In this document: piece after piece, positions 18,885 to 28,272 of the stretch
How the letters are laid out: each line of letters starts with the position of its first letter
How positions within the stretch are numbered: the stretch's first letter is position 1
Assembly: GCA_965224245.1 (NCBI GenBank)
Contig: OZ245046.1
Location: forward strand, 5,280,001-5,344,000
Source of the DNA: Candidatus Eiseniibacteriota bacterium
GTDB taxonomy: Bacteria; Eisenbacteria; RBG-16-71-46; CAZAMP01
Reading direction: 5' to 3'
Length of the DNA stretch: 64,000 nucleotides
The notes under the pieces: model-generated
What the model saw: only the letters and a program-made list of their open reading frames with translations
Told to the model about the DNA's origin: nothing
Databases searched by the model: none
Translations under genes and position numbers: made by a program

Positions 18885-19925
18885 CTCGTCGGAACGAACC
18901 GGTTCGTCGAGGAACCGGTCGACGAGATCGGGGGTCGGGACCCAGCACGTCTCGGGGCGCCCGAACCACCGGTACCGGTGCCGCGCGACGACGTCGTAGC
19001 CCAGGTCCCGGATCGGACGGGGGACGATCCAGAGCAGCATCGAGGCGAGTCGCCAGGGCCAGCCCAGGTGGAGGCCGATGCGGACCACGGCCGCGGAGCG
19101 CACGTGCACGCGTGGCCCGTCCACGAGCGCGATCGAGTCCACGCCAGCGAGGTCGGCGCCGATCGCCCTGAGGCGATCGGCCGCGGCCTCGGATCCCAGC
19201 CGCGCGAACCGGAAGCGTGCCTCGGGGTCGCGCGCGATGACGAACTGCACCGAGCCGCTGCAGAGGTTGCAGACGCCGTCGAACAGCACGAGCGGGTGTG
19301 ATCGGGAGTCGGTGCTCACGGGCGGATCCCCCAGGGTGACCGGGTGCGCGCGCGTCGGCGCCGCGACCTCGGACAGCGCCGCGAGGTCCGACCACGAGCG
19401 CTCGGCGAGCGAGAACTCGTCGAGCATCCTCACGAGGACCTCGCCGGTCGCGCGGGCGTCGGCGGCCGCACCGTGCGCGCCCGTCAGCTCGCCCCCCACG
19501 AAGCGCCGGAACGCGCCGGTCAGCGAGCGCGGCTCCGAGCGCCGCCAGATCCGGTACGGATCGATCAGCGCGATGCCGGACAGATCCAGGGGCTCGAGCC
19601 CGTGCCGCCGCAAGGCGCCGTCGAGCATCCCCAGATCGAACGACAGATTGTACCCCACCAGCGCGGTTGCGCCCGTGATGCGGGATCGGATCTCGCCGGC
19701 GGCCTCGGGAAGCCGGGGACAGCCCGCCACGTCCTCGTCGGTGATCCCGTGGATGGCGGACGCGTCCTCCGCGATCGGGACCAGCGGGCGGAGGCGCTGC
19801 ACCCAGACCGGGGCGGATCGGCCAAGTCCTTCCTGGATGGCGACTTCGATGATGTCGTCCCGCTCCCTGTCCAGCCCCGTGGTCTCCACGTCGAGGATCA
19901 CGATGCGCGTCGCAGGGTCAGTCAT
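18870..19925 (-). CDS. DEDDh 3'-5' exonuclease (DnaQ-like) in frame with a DCC1-like (DUF393) thiol-disulfide oxidoreductase
   Basis: ILDVETTG, YNLSFDLGML, AHGAAADA; then VLFDGVCNLC..FVIARD..RFRFA..RDLGYDVVARHRYRWFG; no stop between the domains. Confidence 0.82.
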   Translation of the reverse strand: MTDPATRIVILDVETTGLDRERDDIIEVAIQEGLGRSAPVWVQRLRPLVPIAEDASAIHGITDEDVAGCPRLPEAAGEIRSRITGATALVGYNLSFDLGMLDGALRRHGLEPLDLSGIALIDPYRIWRRSEPRSLTGAFRRFVGGELTGAHGAAADARATGEVLVRMLDEFSLAERSWSDLAALSEVAAPTRAHPVTLGDPPVSTDSRSHPLVLFDGVCNLCSGSVQFVIARDPEARFRFARLGSEAAADRLRAIGADLAGVDSIALVDGPRVHVRSAAVVRIGLHLGWPWRLASMLLWIVPRPIRDLGYDVVARHRYRWFGRPETCWVPTPDLVDRFLDEPVRSDERRSG

Positions 19926-20185
19926 CGTCCGGTCTCCGGTGCGGGGGACCCGAGGCCCTCGTTGGCATTCGCCCCAACTTCGCAATTTAGGGTTCAGGTT
20001 GCCCCAGAGCAATCCGATCCATGGGGCGACGCGTGTAGCTGGCCGAAAACCGCCACGGAGAAACACCGAGCGAGATCGGTCACGTCACCCGGAACGAAAT
20101 GACGTCGCGATCGAGAGAGAACGCGCGACACGCGGTCTCCAAACCACGGGGCACCGATGGTCGGCGCCCAGCCAGGGAGGATCTC

Positions 20186-21466
20186 ATGGCCATGTCGTCT
20201 ACTCGCACCCTCACCGTCTGGATCGCCGCCCTGGCGACCGCGGTGCCAGCGCTGGCCGGACCGGACGGCAACGCGGAGTTCTCGGCCGAGGTACGCTGGC
20301 GTCCCGAGTCCAGCAGGGCCGAGCTGGCGTCGGGCACCAGCACCGAGACGGTGCAGCTCCTGCGAACGCGCCTCAACGCGTCGTTCACCGCGTCGGAGAA
20401 CACGAGCGCGTTCGTGCAGCTCCAGGACGCGCGCACGCTCGGACAGACCAACGACACGGGTGGACCGACGTCGGGGTCGGTGAGCGAGACGTCCGATCTC
20501 GGGGTGCACCAGGCCTACCTGCAGATCAACGAGCTCTTCAATCCGAACTTCGGTCTCCAGGCCGGCCGGTTCGAGATGAACTACGGCAACCAGCGCCTCA
20601 TCGGCGGGGTCGGCTGGTCGCAGTTCGGTCGCGCCTTCGACGGTGCCCGTATCACCGCCCGCCAGGAGGCGTGGAGCGCCGACTTCATCATGGCCAAGCT
20701 CGTCGAGCGCATGGGTGACGTGTCCGGCAACGAGGATGTCGACCTGTACGGGATCTACTCGACGTTCCATCAGATGAACGCCGACATGTTCCTCCTGTTC
20801 GACTACGACAAGCGCAAGATCGCCGAGGAGCGCCAGATGAAGCGCTGGACGGCCGGTACGTACACGAAGCAGCCCGTCGGCGAGAACATGGACGTGACGG
20901 TCAACGGCGCGTTCCAGTTCGGCTCGGTCGCCGCCGACGACAGCCTGGGCGGCGCGATGACCATGGACCTCTCGGCCTTCATGGCGACCGTGGAGTTCGG
21001 CTACAACCCGATGCAGAGCTCGCGCTCGGAGAGCGGCTTCACGCGCATGGCGGCCGGCGTGGACTACACGTCGGGCAACGACCCGGACTCGGACTCGTGG
21101 AACGCGTTCGACAACCTGTACTACACGGACCACAACTTCCGCGGCATGATGGATCAGTTCACGTTCTCGCCGTCGACGGGGTTGATGGACCTCTACCTGA
21201 GCGGCAGCTTCTCGCCGGCGCCGGACTGGAGCATGACCGCCGCCGCGCACAACTTCACCACGCCGCAGGACTTCCCGAGCATGATGGACGGGGAGGCCGC
21301 GTCCTCGCTCGGCAACGAGTTCGATCTGGTCATCTCGAACAGCTCGCTCGAGAACGTCTCGATCGAGGCGGGTGGTGCCGCGTTCCTCGCGACCGAGGAC
21401 TTTGCGGGACCGGATCCCGACACCGAGTTCTGGGGCTTCCTCCAGGTCTCGGTCGGCCTCCAGTAG
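20186..21466 (+). CDS. Alginate-export (AlgE-like) family outer-membrane beta-barrel
   Basis: Signal peptide; RTRL..AFVQLQDAR, VHQAYL, GRFEMNYGNQRLIG..GW..GRAFDG, DYTSG..FDNLY, GNEFDL; GGAGG RBS. Confidence 0.8.
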   Translation: MAMSSTRTLTVWIAALATAVPALAGPDGNAEFSAEVRWRPESSRAELASGTSTETVQLLRTRLNASFTASENTSAFVQLQDARTLGQTNDTGGPTSGSVSETSDLGVHQAYLQINELFNPNFGLQAGRFEMNYGNQRLIGGVGWSQFGRAFDGARITARQEAWSADFIMAKLVERMGDVSGNEDVDLYGIYSTFHQMNADMFLLFDYDKRKIAEERQMKRWTAGTYTKQPVGENMDVTVNGAFQFGSVAADDSLGGAMTMDLSAFMATVEFGYNPMQSSRSESGFTRMAAGVDYTSGNDPDSDSWNAFDNLYYTDHNFRGMMDQFTFSPSTGLMDLYLSGSFSPAPDWSMTAAAHNFTTPQDFPSMMDGEAASSLGNEFDLVISNSSLENVSIEAGGAAFLATEDFAGPDPDTEFWGFLQVSVGLQ

Positions 21467-21530
21467 ACACGCTGTCCTCTGACGCCCGCGCGCGCGCACG
21501 CGCGCGCGGCCTCCCCGTCGCCGCCGGTGC

Positions 21531-23594
21531 TCAGCGCCGGCGGCGTCTCTTCAGCCAGCGATCCAGCCACGCGAAGACCTCGCCGTACCAGTGCTCGCTG
21601 TTGCGCGGCTGCAGGATCCAGTGGTTCTCGTTGGAGTAGCACACGAGCCTCGCCTCGAGCCCCATCGCCTTGTAGACGTTGTAGACCTCCAGACCCTGCG
21701 TGTACGGCACGCGGTAGTCCAGCTCTCCGTGCAGGACGAGCATCGGCGTCCTGAAGCCCTCTGCGTGGCGCATCGGATTGTAGCGATCGAGGCCCTCGAG
21801 GTTGGACCACGGCTCTCCGCCCATCGCGCGACGCCGTCCCTGCGTGAAGTCCGACGCGTACTGCGACTGGAGATCGGCCACCCCGGCATGATTGACGGCG
21901 CACGCGAACCGGTCCGTCTGCGAGCAGATCCACGACACGAGGTAGCCACCGTAGGATCCGCCCGCGATCGCCATGCGGCGCCGGTCCACGAGGCCTTCCT
22001 CGATCAGGAGATCGGTCGCGCGCATGATGTCGATGTACGGCTGATCGCCCCATCGCCCGAGGATCGATGCCGTGAAGTCGTGTCCCCACGACGTCGACCC
22101 GTGGAAGTTCACCAGCGCGGTGACGTACCCGCGCGCGGCGAAGCTCTGCGCGCACCAGCGCCAGTGCCAGCCGTCCCCGAAGGTGCCGTGCGGCCCCCCG
22201 TGAATGAGATGCACCAGCGGCTTGGGTCCCGTCGGTGCGTTCGGCGGCAGGACGACGTACATCTGGACCGGGTCGCCCTCCGCGCCGTCGAAGATGTACT
22301 CGTGGACGGCGCCCGTCCGCACCCGCGACATGGCCGGCTCGGTCGCGTGGGTCGCGCGCCGTCGCCCGCGACCGGAGTGGAGCAACGTGAACACCTCCCC
22401 GGGTGCGTCCAGGGACGACTCGGTCAGCCAGAGACGATCGCCGCCGACGGCCACCGCATCGAACGATCCGCCTCGATGTCGCTGCCGGGGACGGCGCGCG
22501 TCGTCCCGCCGCACCGCCGCGGGCAGATCCAGGTGGAAGATCGCCGACCGACCGTGTGTGCCCGCCACGAGGAACAGATCGCGAGGCGAGGCACCGAACG
22601 CCCACGAGTCGGCGGAGCGGTCCCAGGCCTCGGTGAGGACCGTGTGTTTCCGCGTCCGGCGGTCGATCGCGACCAGTCGAACCCGATCCCCGTAGAACGT
22701 CGCGTCACGCTGCAGTCCACAGACGAGCCAGCGTCCGTCGGGGGAGTAGCGCGGTCCCCAGAGGTTGGCTGCTCCCGCCACACGGATCGCACGCATGCGC
22801 CCACCCCGATCGGGATGCAGTCGCGCGGGAACGCTCACGATGTACACGCCCCACGTGATCGGATCGAACGGGGGCTCCGCGCGCACGGCCGGAAACGCGA
22901 TCTCGCGGCCGTCGGGCGCCACGTCCAGGGGGCCCTCTCCCCACCGGGTGGACGAGGGCGTCAGATCCACCAGCGTGCGCGTCTCGAGATCCAGCACGAA
23001 GACGTGGCGGGCCTTGGCGTCGGTGATCCAGGTATCCCAGATTCGGTACACGCGATTCTCGGTGACGTGCACCTTCACCGGGCTCTCGTCGATCTCCTTC
23101 TTGCGTGCCGCGGTGGCTTCGATCGTCAGCGCGTCGGGGTACAGCGACGAGAAGAACGCGATCCGACGCCCGTCGGGGAGCCAGGCCGGCGCCTCGGCGC
23201 CGAGCGGAAGGTCGGTCACCCGTTCGGGCTCGCCGCCGTCCATCGGCATCACGTAGAGCTGCCGCTGGTCGACGTGCTTGCAGTCGTGCTCGGACGACGG
23301 TCCGTCCTTGGGGCCCGCGCCCGGCTTTCGCAGGAAGGCCAGTCGCGTTCCGTCGGTGCTGAGGGCCGGAGACGTCGCGCTGCGGTCGGGCGCCGTCAGC
23401 GGCGTGGCGTCGCCCACCCGGCGTGAGGAGCCCGGCGGGGCCGACACGCGCCAGAGCCGCGTGATCGAGCGGTTCGCGTCCATTTCGGATCGCCGGATCG
23501 GCACGACGGCGAACGTCCCGTCGGCGGAGGGAACGGCGCCGCCGACGCGGGGAAGCTCCCAGAGGTCTCGGGTGGTGATGGGATCGCGCGCCAT
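21531..23594 (-). CDS. S9 family peptidase (dipeptidyl aminopeptidase/acylaminoacyl peptidase)
   Basis: N-terminal beta-propeller (SPDG repeats), IHGGPHG, GGSYGG nucleophile, HGELDYRV, ENHW. Confidence 0.93.
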   Translation of the reverse strand: MARDPITTRDLWELPRVGGAVPSADGTFAVVPIRRSEMDANRSITRLWRVSAPPGSSRRVGDATPLTAPDRSATSPALSTDGTRLAFLRKPGAGPKDGPSSEHDCKHVDQRQLYVMPMDGGEPERVTDLPLGAEAPAWLPDGRRIAFFSSLYPDALTIEATAARKKEIDESPVKVHVTENRVYRIWDTWITDAKARHVFVLDLETRTLVDLTPSSTRWGEGPLDVAPDGREIAFPAVRAEPPFDPITWGVYIVSVPARLHPDRGGRMRAIRVAGAANLWGPRYSPDGRWLVCGLQRDATFYGDRVRLVAIDRRTRKHTVLTEAWDRSADSWAFGASPRDLFLVAGTHGRSAIFHLDLPAAVRRDDARRPRQRHRGGSFDAVAVGGDRLWLTESSLDAPGEVFTLLHSGRGRRRATHATEPAMSRVRTGAVHEYIFDGAEGDPVQMYVVLPPNAPTGPKPLVHLIHGGPHGTFGDGWHWRWCAQSFAARGYVTALVNFHGSTSWGHDFTASILGRWGDQPYIDIMRATDLLIEEGLVDRRRMAIAGGSYGGYLVSWICSQTDRFACAVNHAGVADLQSQYASDFTQGRRRAMGGEPWSNLEGLDRYNPMRHAEGFRTPMLVLHGELDYRVPYTQGLEVYNVYKAMGLEARLVCYSNENHWILQPRNSEHWYGEVFAWLDRWLKRRRRR

Positions 23595-23738
23595 GGTTCC
23601 TCCCCGGAGATGGACGTGTGTCGAAGGTATCGTCGGCGCGATGGTAGTGACCCCCGTCGGATTTGCAATCCCGGAGCGAGTCGAGGACACTCTTCGGTTC
23701 CCGTGCCGCTGCATCGCATCCACACAAGGAGTTCAACC

Positions 23739-25238
23739 GTGTCCAGCTTCTCGACCCTGGAGGCCACGCTCCGGGAGATCAACGATCTCCGCGCGGCGGC
23801 CGCGGTCCTCTCGTGGGACCAGACGACCTACATGCCGCCGAGAGGCGGCGAGGGGCGGGGCCGGCAGCTCGCGACGTTGCATCGACTCGCCCAGACCCGG
23901 CTCTCCGATCCCGCGCTGGGCGAGCGGCTGGAAGCCGAGCGCGCGCGGACCCGGGACGATCCCGACGGTTACCCGGCACGCCTCGTGAACGCCGCCATCC
24001 GCGAGCGGGATCGCTCGTGCCGGGTCTCGCCCGAGCTCTGGGGCGAGATCCACGAGCACCAGGCCCGGTCGTACCAGGCGTGGGTGGCCGCACGTCCCCG
24101 AAACGACTTCGCGAGCGTGAAGCCCATACTCGAGCGCACGCTCGAGCTGAGCCGGCGCGTGTCCGACTGCTTCGACGGCCATGCTCACGTGGCGGATCCG
24201 CTCATCGCGTTCTCGGACGAGGGGATGACCGTCGAGACGCTGCGCGAGCTGTTCGGGGAGCTCCGGTCGTTCCTGACCCCGCTCGTCGAGGCGATCGCTC
24301 GGGCGGAGGCGCCCGACGACGCGTGTCTCTCCCGCCGGTACCCGATCGAGGATCAGATCCGCTTCGGGGAGGCCGTGATCCGTGACTTCGGGTTCGACTT
24401 CAGCCGCGGCCGACAGGACCGATCCCCGCATCCGTTCATGACGCGGTTTGCGGCCGGCGACATCCGCATCACGACTCGTCTCGACGAGGTGGATCTGGCC
24501 GGCGGGCTCTTCGGCACGCTGCACGAGTGCGGCCACGCGCTCTACGAGCTCGGCATCGATCCCGCGTACGACGCCACGCCGCTGGGAACGGGGGTCTCCG
24601 CCGGTGTGCACGAGAGCCAGTCCCGTCTGTGGGAGAACCTCGTGGGACGCTCCAGGCGTTTCTGGCGGGGGAGGTATCCCGCGCTCCAGGCCGCGTTCCC
24701 CGATCAGCTGGCCCGCGTGTCGTGCGACGAGTTCTACGCGGCGGTGAACCGGGTTCAGCCGGGACTCATCCGGACCGAAGCGGACGAGGTCACATACAAC
24801 CTGCACGTGATCGTGCGGTTCGACCTGGAGCTGGCCCTTCTGGAGGGATCGCTCGCCGTGGCCGATCTACCCGACGCGTGGCGAGAGCGGTACCGGCGGG
24901 ATCTCGGGATCACACCGCCCGACGACAAGGACGGCGTGCTGCAGGACGTGCACTGGTTCTCGGGGCTGATCGGGGGCGCATTCCAGGGCTACACGATCGG
25001 GAACGTGCTGGCGGCGCAGTTCTACGAGTGCGCCCTCGGTGCGCATCCGTCGATCGAGGACGAGATCGAGGCCGGTCGGTTCGACACGCTGCACGGGTGG
25101 CTCCGCGAGAACGTCTACCGACACGGTGCCGCGTATCGCGCTCCCGAGCTGGTCCGGAGGGTCACCGGAGGCGACATGGACGCCGCGCCCTACCGCCGGT
25201 ACCTCACGACGAAGTTCGGCGCGCTCTACCGGCTGTAG
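23739..25238 (+). CDS. Carboxypeptidase M32 (Taq-like)
   Basis: LSWDQTTYMP, HPF, IRITTR, HECGHALYE (HExxH), HESQSR, IRTEADE, GVLQDVHW. Confidence 0.95.
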   Translation: MSSFSTLEATLREINDLRAAAAVLSWDQTTYMPPRGGEGRGRQLATLHRLAQTRLSDPALGERLEAERARTRDDPDGYPARLVNAAIRERDRSCRVSPELWGEIHEHQARSYQAWVAARPRNDFASVKPILERTLELSRRVSDCFDGHAHVADPLIAFSDEGMTVETLRELFGELRSFLTPLVEAIARAEAPDDACLSRRYPIEDQIRFGEAVIRDFGFDFSRGRQDRSPHPFMTRFAAGDIRITTRLDEVDLAGGLFGTLHECGHALYELGIDPAYDATPLGTGVSAGVHESQSRLWENLVGRSRRFWRGRYPALQAAFPDQLARVSCDEFYAAVNRVQPGLIRTEADEVTYNLHVIVRFDLELALLEGSLAVADLPDAWRERYRRDLGITPPDDKDGVLQDVHWFSGLIGGAFQGYTIGNVLAAQFYECALGAHPSIEDEIEAGRFDTLHGWLRENVYRHGAAYRAPELVRRVTGGDMDAAPYRRYLTTKFGALYRL

Positions 25239-25268
25239 GGCGCGTTAGGGGTTCCCGCACGCCGGACC

Positions 25269-26111
25269 CTAGGCGACCGAGCGGTTGTCGTCTCGCTTCT
25301 CGCCTCGGCCGTCTTCCGACGCCCGACGCGTCGCAGGCGTCATCGGTGAGACCCCGGTCTCCGGCGTGTCGGGGAACTGGAAGTCGTCGGGAAGATCGAT
25401 CTCGAGGCTCCGTGACCCGTGGTGCATGTAGGCGCTGGGTGACAGGCACGGAATGCCGTCGGTGGCGACCGCCAGCGGAAACGCCTCGTCCTCGAACTCC
25501 ACCGAGCCCTCCCGGAGCGATTCCTCGAAGGCATCGACCACGCACGACAGGAACTGCGTGCCCTCGCACCGCCGGATCTCCTCCAGCGCCTGGTCGCGAT
25601 CCAGACCGGCCCGATAGGGCCGGTCGGTGGTCAGCGCGTCGTAGGCCGACGCCACGAGAATGATCTGGCTGCCCAGGGGCACGTCGTCACCCGAGAGGCC
25701 TCGAGGGTACCCTCGCCCATCGGGCTGCTCGTGATGGGCGCGGATCAGGTCGGCGGCACCGACGAGATCGGAGACACGGCGGAGCAGCTCGTACCCGACC
25801 TCCGGATGCGTCTGCACCTGTGCGCGCTCGTCGCTGGTCAGGGCGCCGGGCTTGAGCAGGATGTCGCGCTCGATCGCCGTCCGGCCCACGTCGTGGAGGA
25901 GCGCCGCGATCTCGACGTCGCGGAACGCGGACCCCTCGAGGCCGAGCTTCCCGGCGGTCGCCCGCGCGTACCCGAGGATCCGGTTGGATCGACCTCTGGC
26001 GTACGGATCGGCGGCGTCCATGACGGCGGCCATCACTCGGATCACGTAGAGCATGTCGTCGGCGGAGGCGGGCGCGTGCCCGCGCGGTCCTAGATCTGGT
26101 GAATGGCTCAT
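25269..26111 (-). CDS. HD-GYP domain protein (possibly degenerate c-di-GMP phosphodiesterase)
   Basis: LLHDVG, HHEQPDGRGYPRGL, RPYR, GTQF. Start overlaps the upstream stop (ATGA). Confidence 0.88.
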   Translation of the reverse strand: MSHSPDLGPRGHAPASADDMLYVIRVMAAVMDAADPYARGRSNRILGYARATAGKLGLEGSAFRDVEIAALLHDVGRTAIERDILLKPGALTSDERAQVQTHPEVGYELLRRVSDLVGAADLIRAHHEQPDGRGYPRGLSGDDVPLGSQIILVASAYDALTTDRPYRAGLDRDQALEEIRRCEGTQFLSCVVDAFEESLREGSVEFEDEAFPLAVATDGIPCLSPSAYMHHGSRSLEIDLPDDFQFPDTPETGVSPMTPATRRASEDGRGEKRDDNRSVA

Positions 26112-27178
26112 GCTACTTCCTGACGTGCTCGAAGGCGTTCGAACTTGGATTTCTCGATGGCGTGCAGGTACGCCTCTTCTCCCGTGATCACGGCGTTCTG
26201 TACCAGCTCCATCAGCTTGGCATCCAGACTCTGCATTCCGTCGCGGGCACCGGATTGAATCGCGGACGTGAGCTGGTGCGTCTTTCCGGACCGGATCAAC
26301 GCGCCAACGGCCGGCGTGTTCACGACCACCTCGGCCACCGCACACCGCTCGTGTCCCTCGATCGTCCGCACGAGCTGCTGCGAGACGATCAGCCGCAAGC
26401 TGTCGGCGAGCGAGGCGCGCACCTGATCCTGACGCTCGGCCGGAAACATGTTGATGATGCGATCCACGGTGCGAACCGCGCCGCTGGTGTGCAGGGTGCC
26501 GAGAACCTGGATGCCCGTCTCCGCCGCGGTGATGGCCAGTCCCATGGTCTCGAGGTCGCGCAGCTCGCCGACGAGCACGAGGTCCGGGTCCTCTCGCAAC
26601 GCGGCGTGTAGTGCCAGCGCGAACGACGCGGCGTGAGATCCGATCTCCCGCTGCGTGACCGAGCACGACTTGTGGGCGTGCACGAACTCGATCGGGTCCT
26701 CGATCGTGATGATGTGGCCCTTTCGGGTCTCGTTGATGTGATCGATGATGGCGGCCAGTGTCGTCGACTTCCCGGAGCCGGTGGGACCGGTGACCAGCGA
26801 GAGACCACCGGCGTCCCAGAGCCGCGCCAGCGCGGCCGGGGGCAGCCCCACGTCCTCGAGCGGGATGAGGCTGTTCGGGACGTGACGGAAGACCGCGCCC
26901 AGTCCCGAGAGGTGCCGGTACACGTTCACACGGAAGCGACCCAGGTCCGGTGCGTAGTAGGCGAAGTCCGTCGAACTCTCCGTTTCGAGCTCGTGCCGGA
27001 TCCGGTCGTCGATGATCTCATCCAGAAGACGCTGCATGTCGTCGGCGCTCAGCGACCGGAAGCGAACGGTGTGGAGCGACCCCAGGATGCGGATGCGTGG
27101 CGGCTCGTTGGCCACGAGGTGGATGTCCGATCCGCCCTGCTTCACGGCGAGCTCGAGGAACGCGTGCACCCGGTTCAT
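26108..27178 (-). CDS. pilT: PilT/PilU family type IV pilus retraction ATPase (second copy)
   Basis: GGSDIHL, GRFRVN, GPTGSGKSTT, TIEDPIEF, LREDPD..VGELRD, GTLHT, AVGALIRSGK. Confidence 0.9.
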   Translation of the reverse strand: MNRVHAFLELAVKQGGSDIHLVANEPPRIRILGSLHTVRFRSLSADDMQRLLDEIIDDRIRHELETESSTDFAYYAPDLGRFRVNVYRHLSGLGAVFRHVPNSLIPLEDVGLPPAALARLWDAGGLSLVTGPTGSGKSTTLAAIIDHINETRKGHIITIEDPIEFVHAHKSCSVTQREIGSHAASFALALHAALREDPDLVLVGELRDLETMGLAITAAETGIQVLGTLHTSGAVRTVDRIINMFPAERQDQVRASLADSLRLIVSQQLVRTIEGHERCAVAEVVVNTPAVGALIRSGKTHQLTSAIQSGARDGMQSLDAKLMELVQNAVITGEEAYLHAIEKSKFERLRARQEVA

Positions 27179-28272
27179 GCGGCGCCTCGCGATCCGGGGG
27201 ACGCGTCGGCGCCGGCGAGGTGCGGCAGGAACTCCTTGCGATCGGTCGCGTACCGGACCGCGTCCTCGGGATCGGCGTCGCCGGCGCGCACCAGCTTCAG
27301 GAGGGCATGGTCCATCAGCTGCATGCCGTGCTTGATTCCGGTCGCCATGACGCCCGGTATCTGGTGCGTCTTGCCCTCGCGAATGAGCTGGGAGACGGCC
27401 GACGTGACCGCCAGCACCTCGACGGCGGCCCGGCGGCCGCGTCCGTCCGCAGCCTTCACCAGACGTTGGCTCAGCACGTATCGCAGGTTCTCGGCGAGGG
27501 TGGTCCGGACCTGGTTCGACTGCTCGCCCGGAAATGCGTCCAGGATGCGATCCACCGTCTGCGCCGCGCTTCGCGTGTGGAGCGTGGCCAGCACCAGGTG
27601 TCCGGTCTCCGCCGCCTCCAGCGCCAGCGAGATCGTGTCCACGTCCCGCATCTCGCCGACCAGGATGACGTCCGGATCCTGTCGGAGCGCCGATCGCAGC
27701 GCGCCGGCGAAGCCGTTGGCGCTCGTCCCGATCTCCCGCTGCACGACCAGACACGACTTGCTCGTGTGCACGAACTCGACCGGGTCCTCCAGCGTGGTGA
27801 TGCTCGCCGAGCGCGTCCGATTGACCCGGTCCACGATCGACGCGAGAGTCGTCGACTTCCCGGTCCCGCACGCCCCGGTCACGAGGACGAGCCCGGAGCT
27901 GAGATCGGCGATCTCGTTCGTGATCGGAGGCAGGCTCAGCGACTCGAGGGTCGGCACCGTCTCGGGGATGACGCGGCAGATCATCGTCATGCCGAACGCC
28001 GATCGGCAGACGTTCACGCGAAAGCGTCCGACGCTCTCACTCACGTAGGACAGGTCGGTCGCCCCGACCGAGCCGACCTCGGCCAGCGCCCCCTCGGGGA
28101 GGATCTCGTCCACCATCGAGGCGATCTCGACGTCGGTCAGATCGCGGTACTTGATGGCGGCCAGGTCGCCGTCGAGCCGCACGAGAGGAGGACGGCCCAC
28201 CGTGAAGTGCACGTCGGAGCATCCTTGCTCGCGGCACAGCTTCAGGAAAGCGTCGATTCGAGCGACCATCAC
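27175..28272 (-). CDS. pilT: PilT/PilU family type IV pilus retraction ATPase
   Basis: GCSDVH, GRFRVN, GACGTGKSTT, TLEDPVEF, LRQDPDVILVGEMRD, AETGHLVLATLHT, AVSQLIREGK. Confidence 0.92.
   Translation of the reverse strand: MMVARIDAFLKLCREQGCSDVHFTVGRPPLVRLDGDLAAIKYRDLTDVEIASMVDEILPEGALAEVGSVGATDLSYVSESVGRFRVNVCRSAFGMTMICRVIPETVPTLESLSLPPITNEIADLSSGLVLVTGACGTGKSTTLASIVDRVNRTRSASITTLEDPVEFVHTSKSCLVVQREIGTSANGFAGALRSALRQDPDVILVGEMRDVDTISLALEAAETGHLVLATLHTRSAAQTVDRILDAFPGEQSNQVRTTLAENLRYVLSQRLVKAADGRGRRAAVEVLAVTSAVSQLIREGKTHQIPGVMATGIKHGMQLMDHALLKLVRAGDADPEDAVRYATDRKEFLPHLAGADASPGSRGAA

Noticed and set aside
17488-18999. Several 90-230 aa ORFs over the repeat region
   Set aside because: They are translations of the GC-rich repeat, have low complexity, and lack RBS or family motifs.
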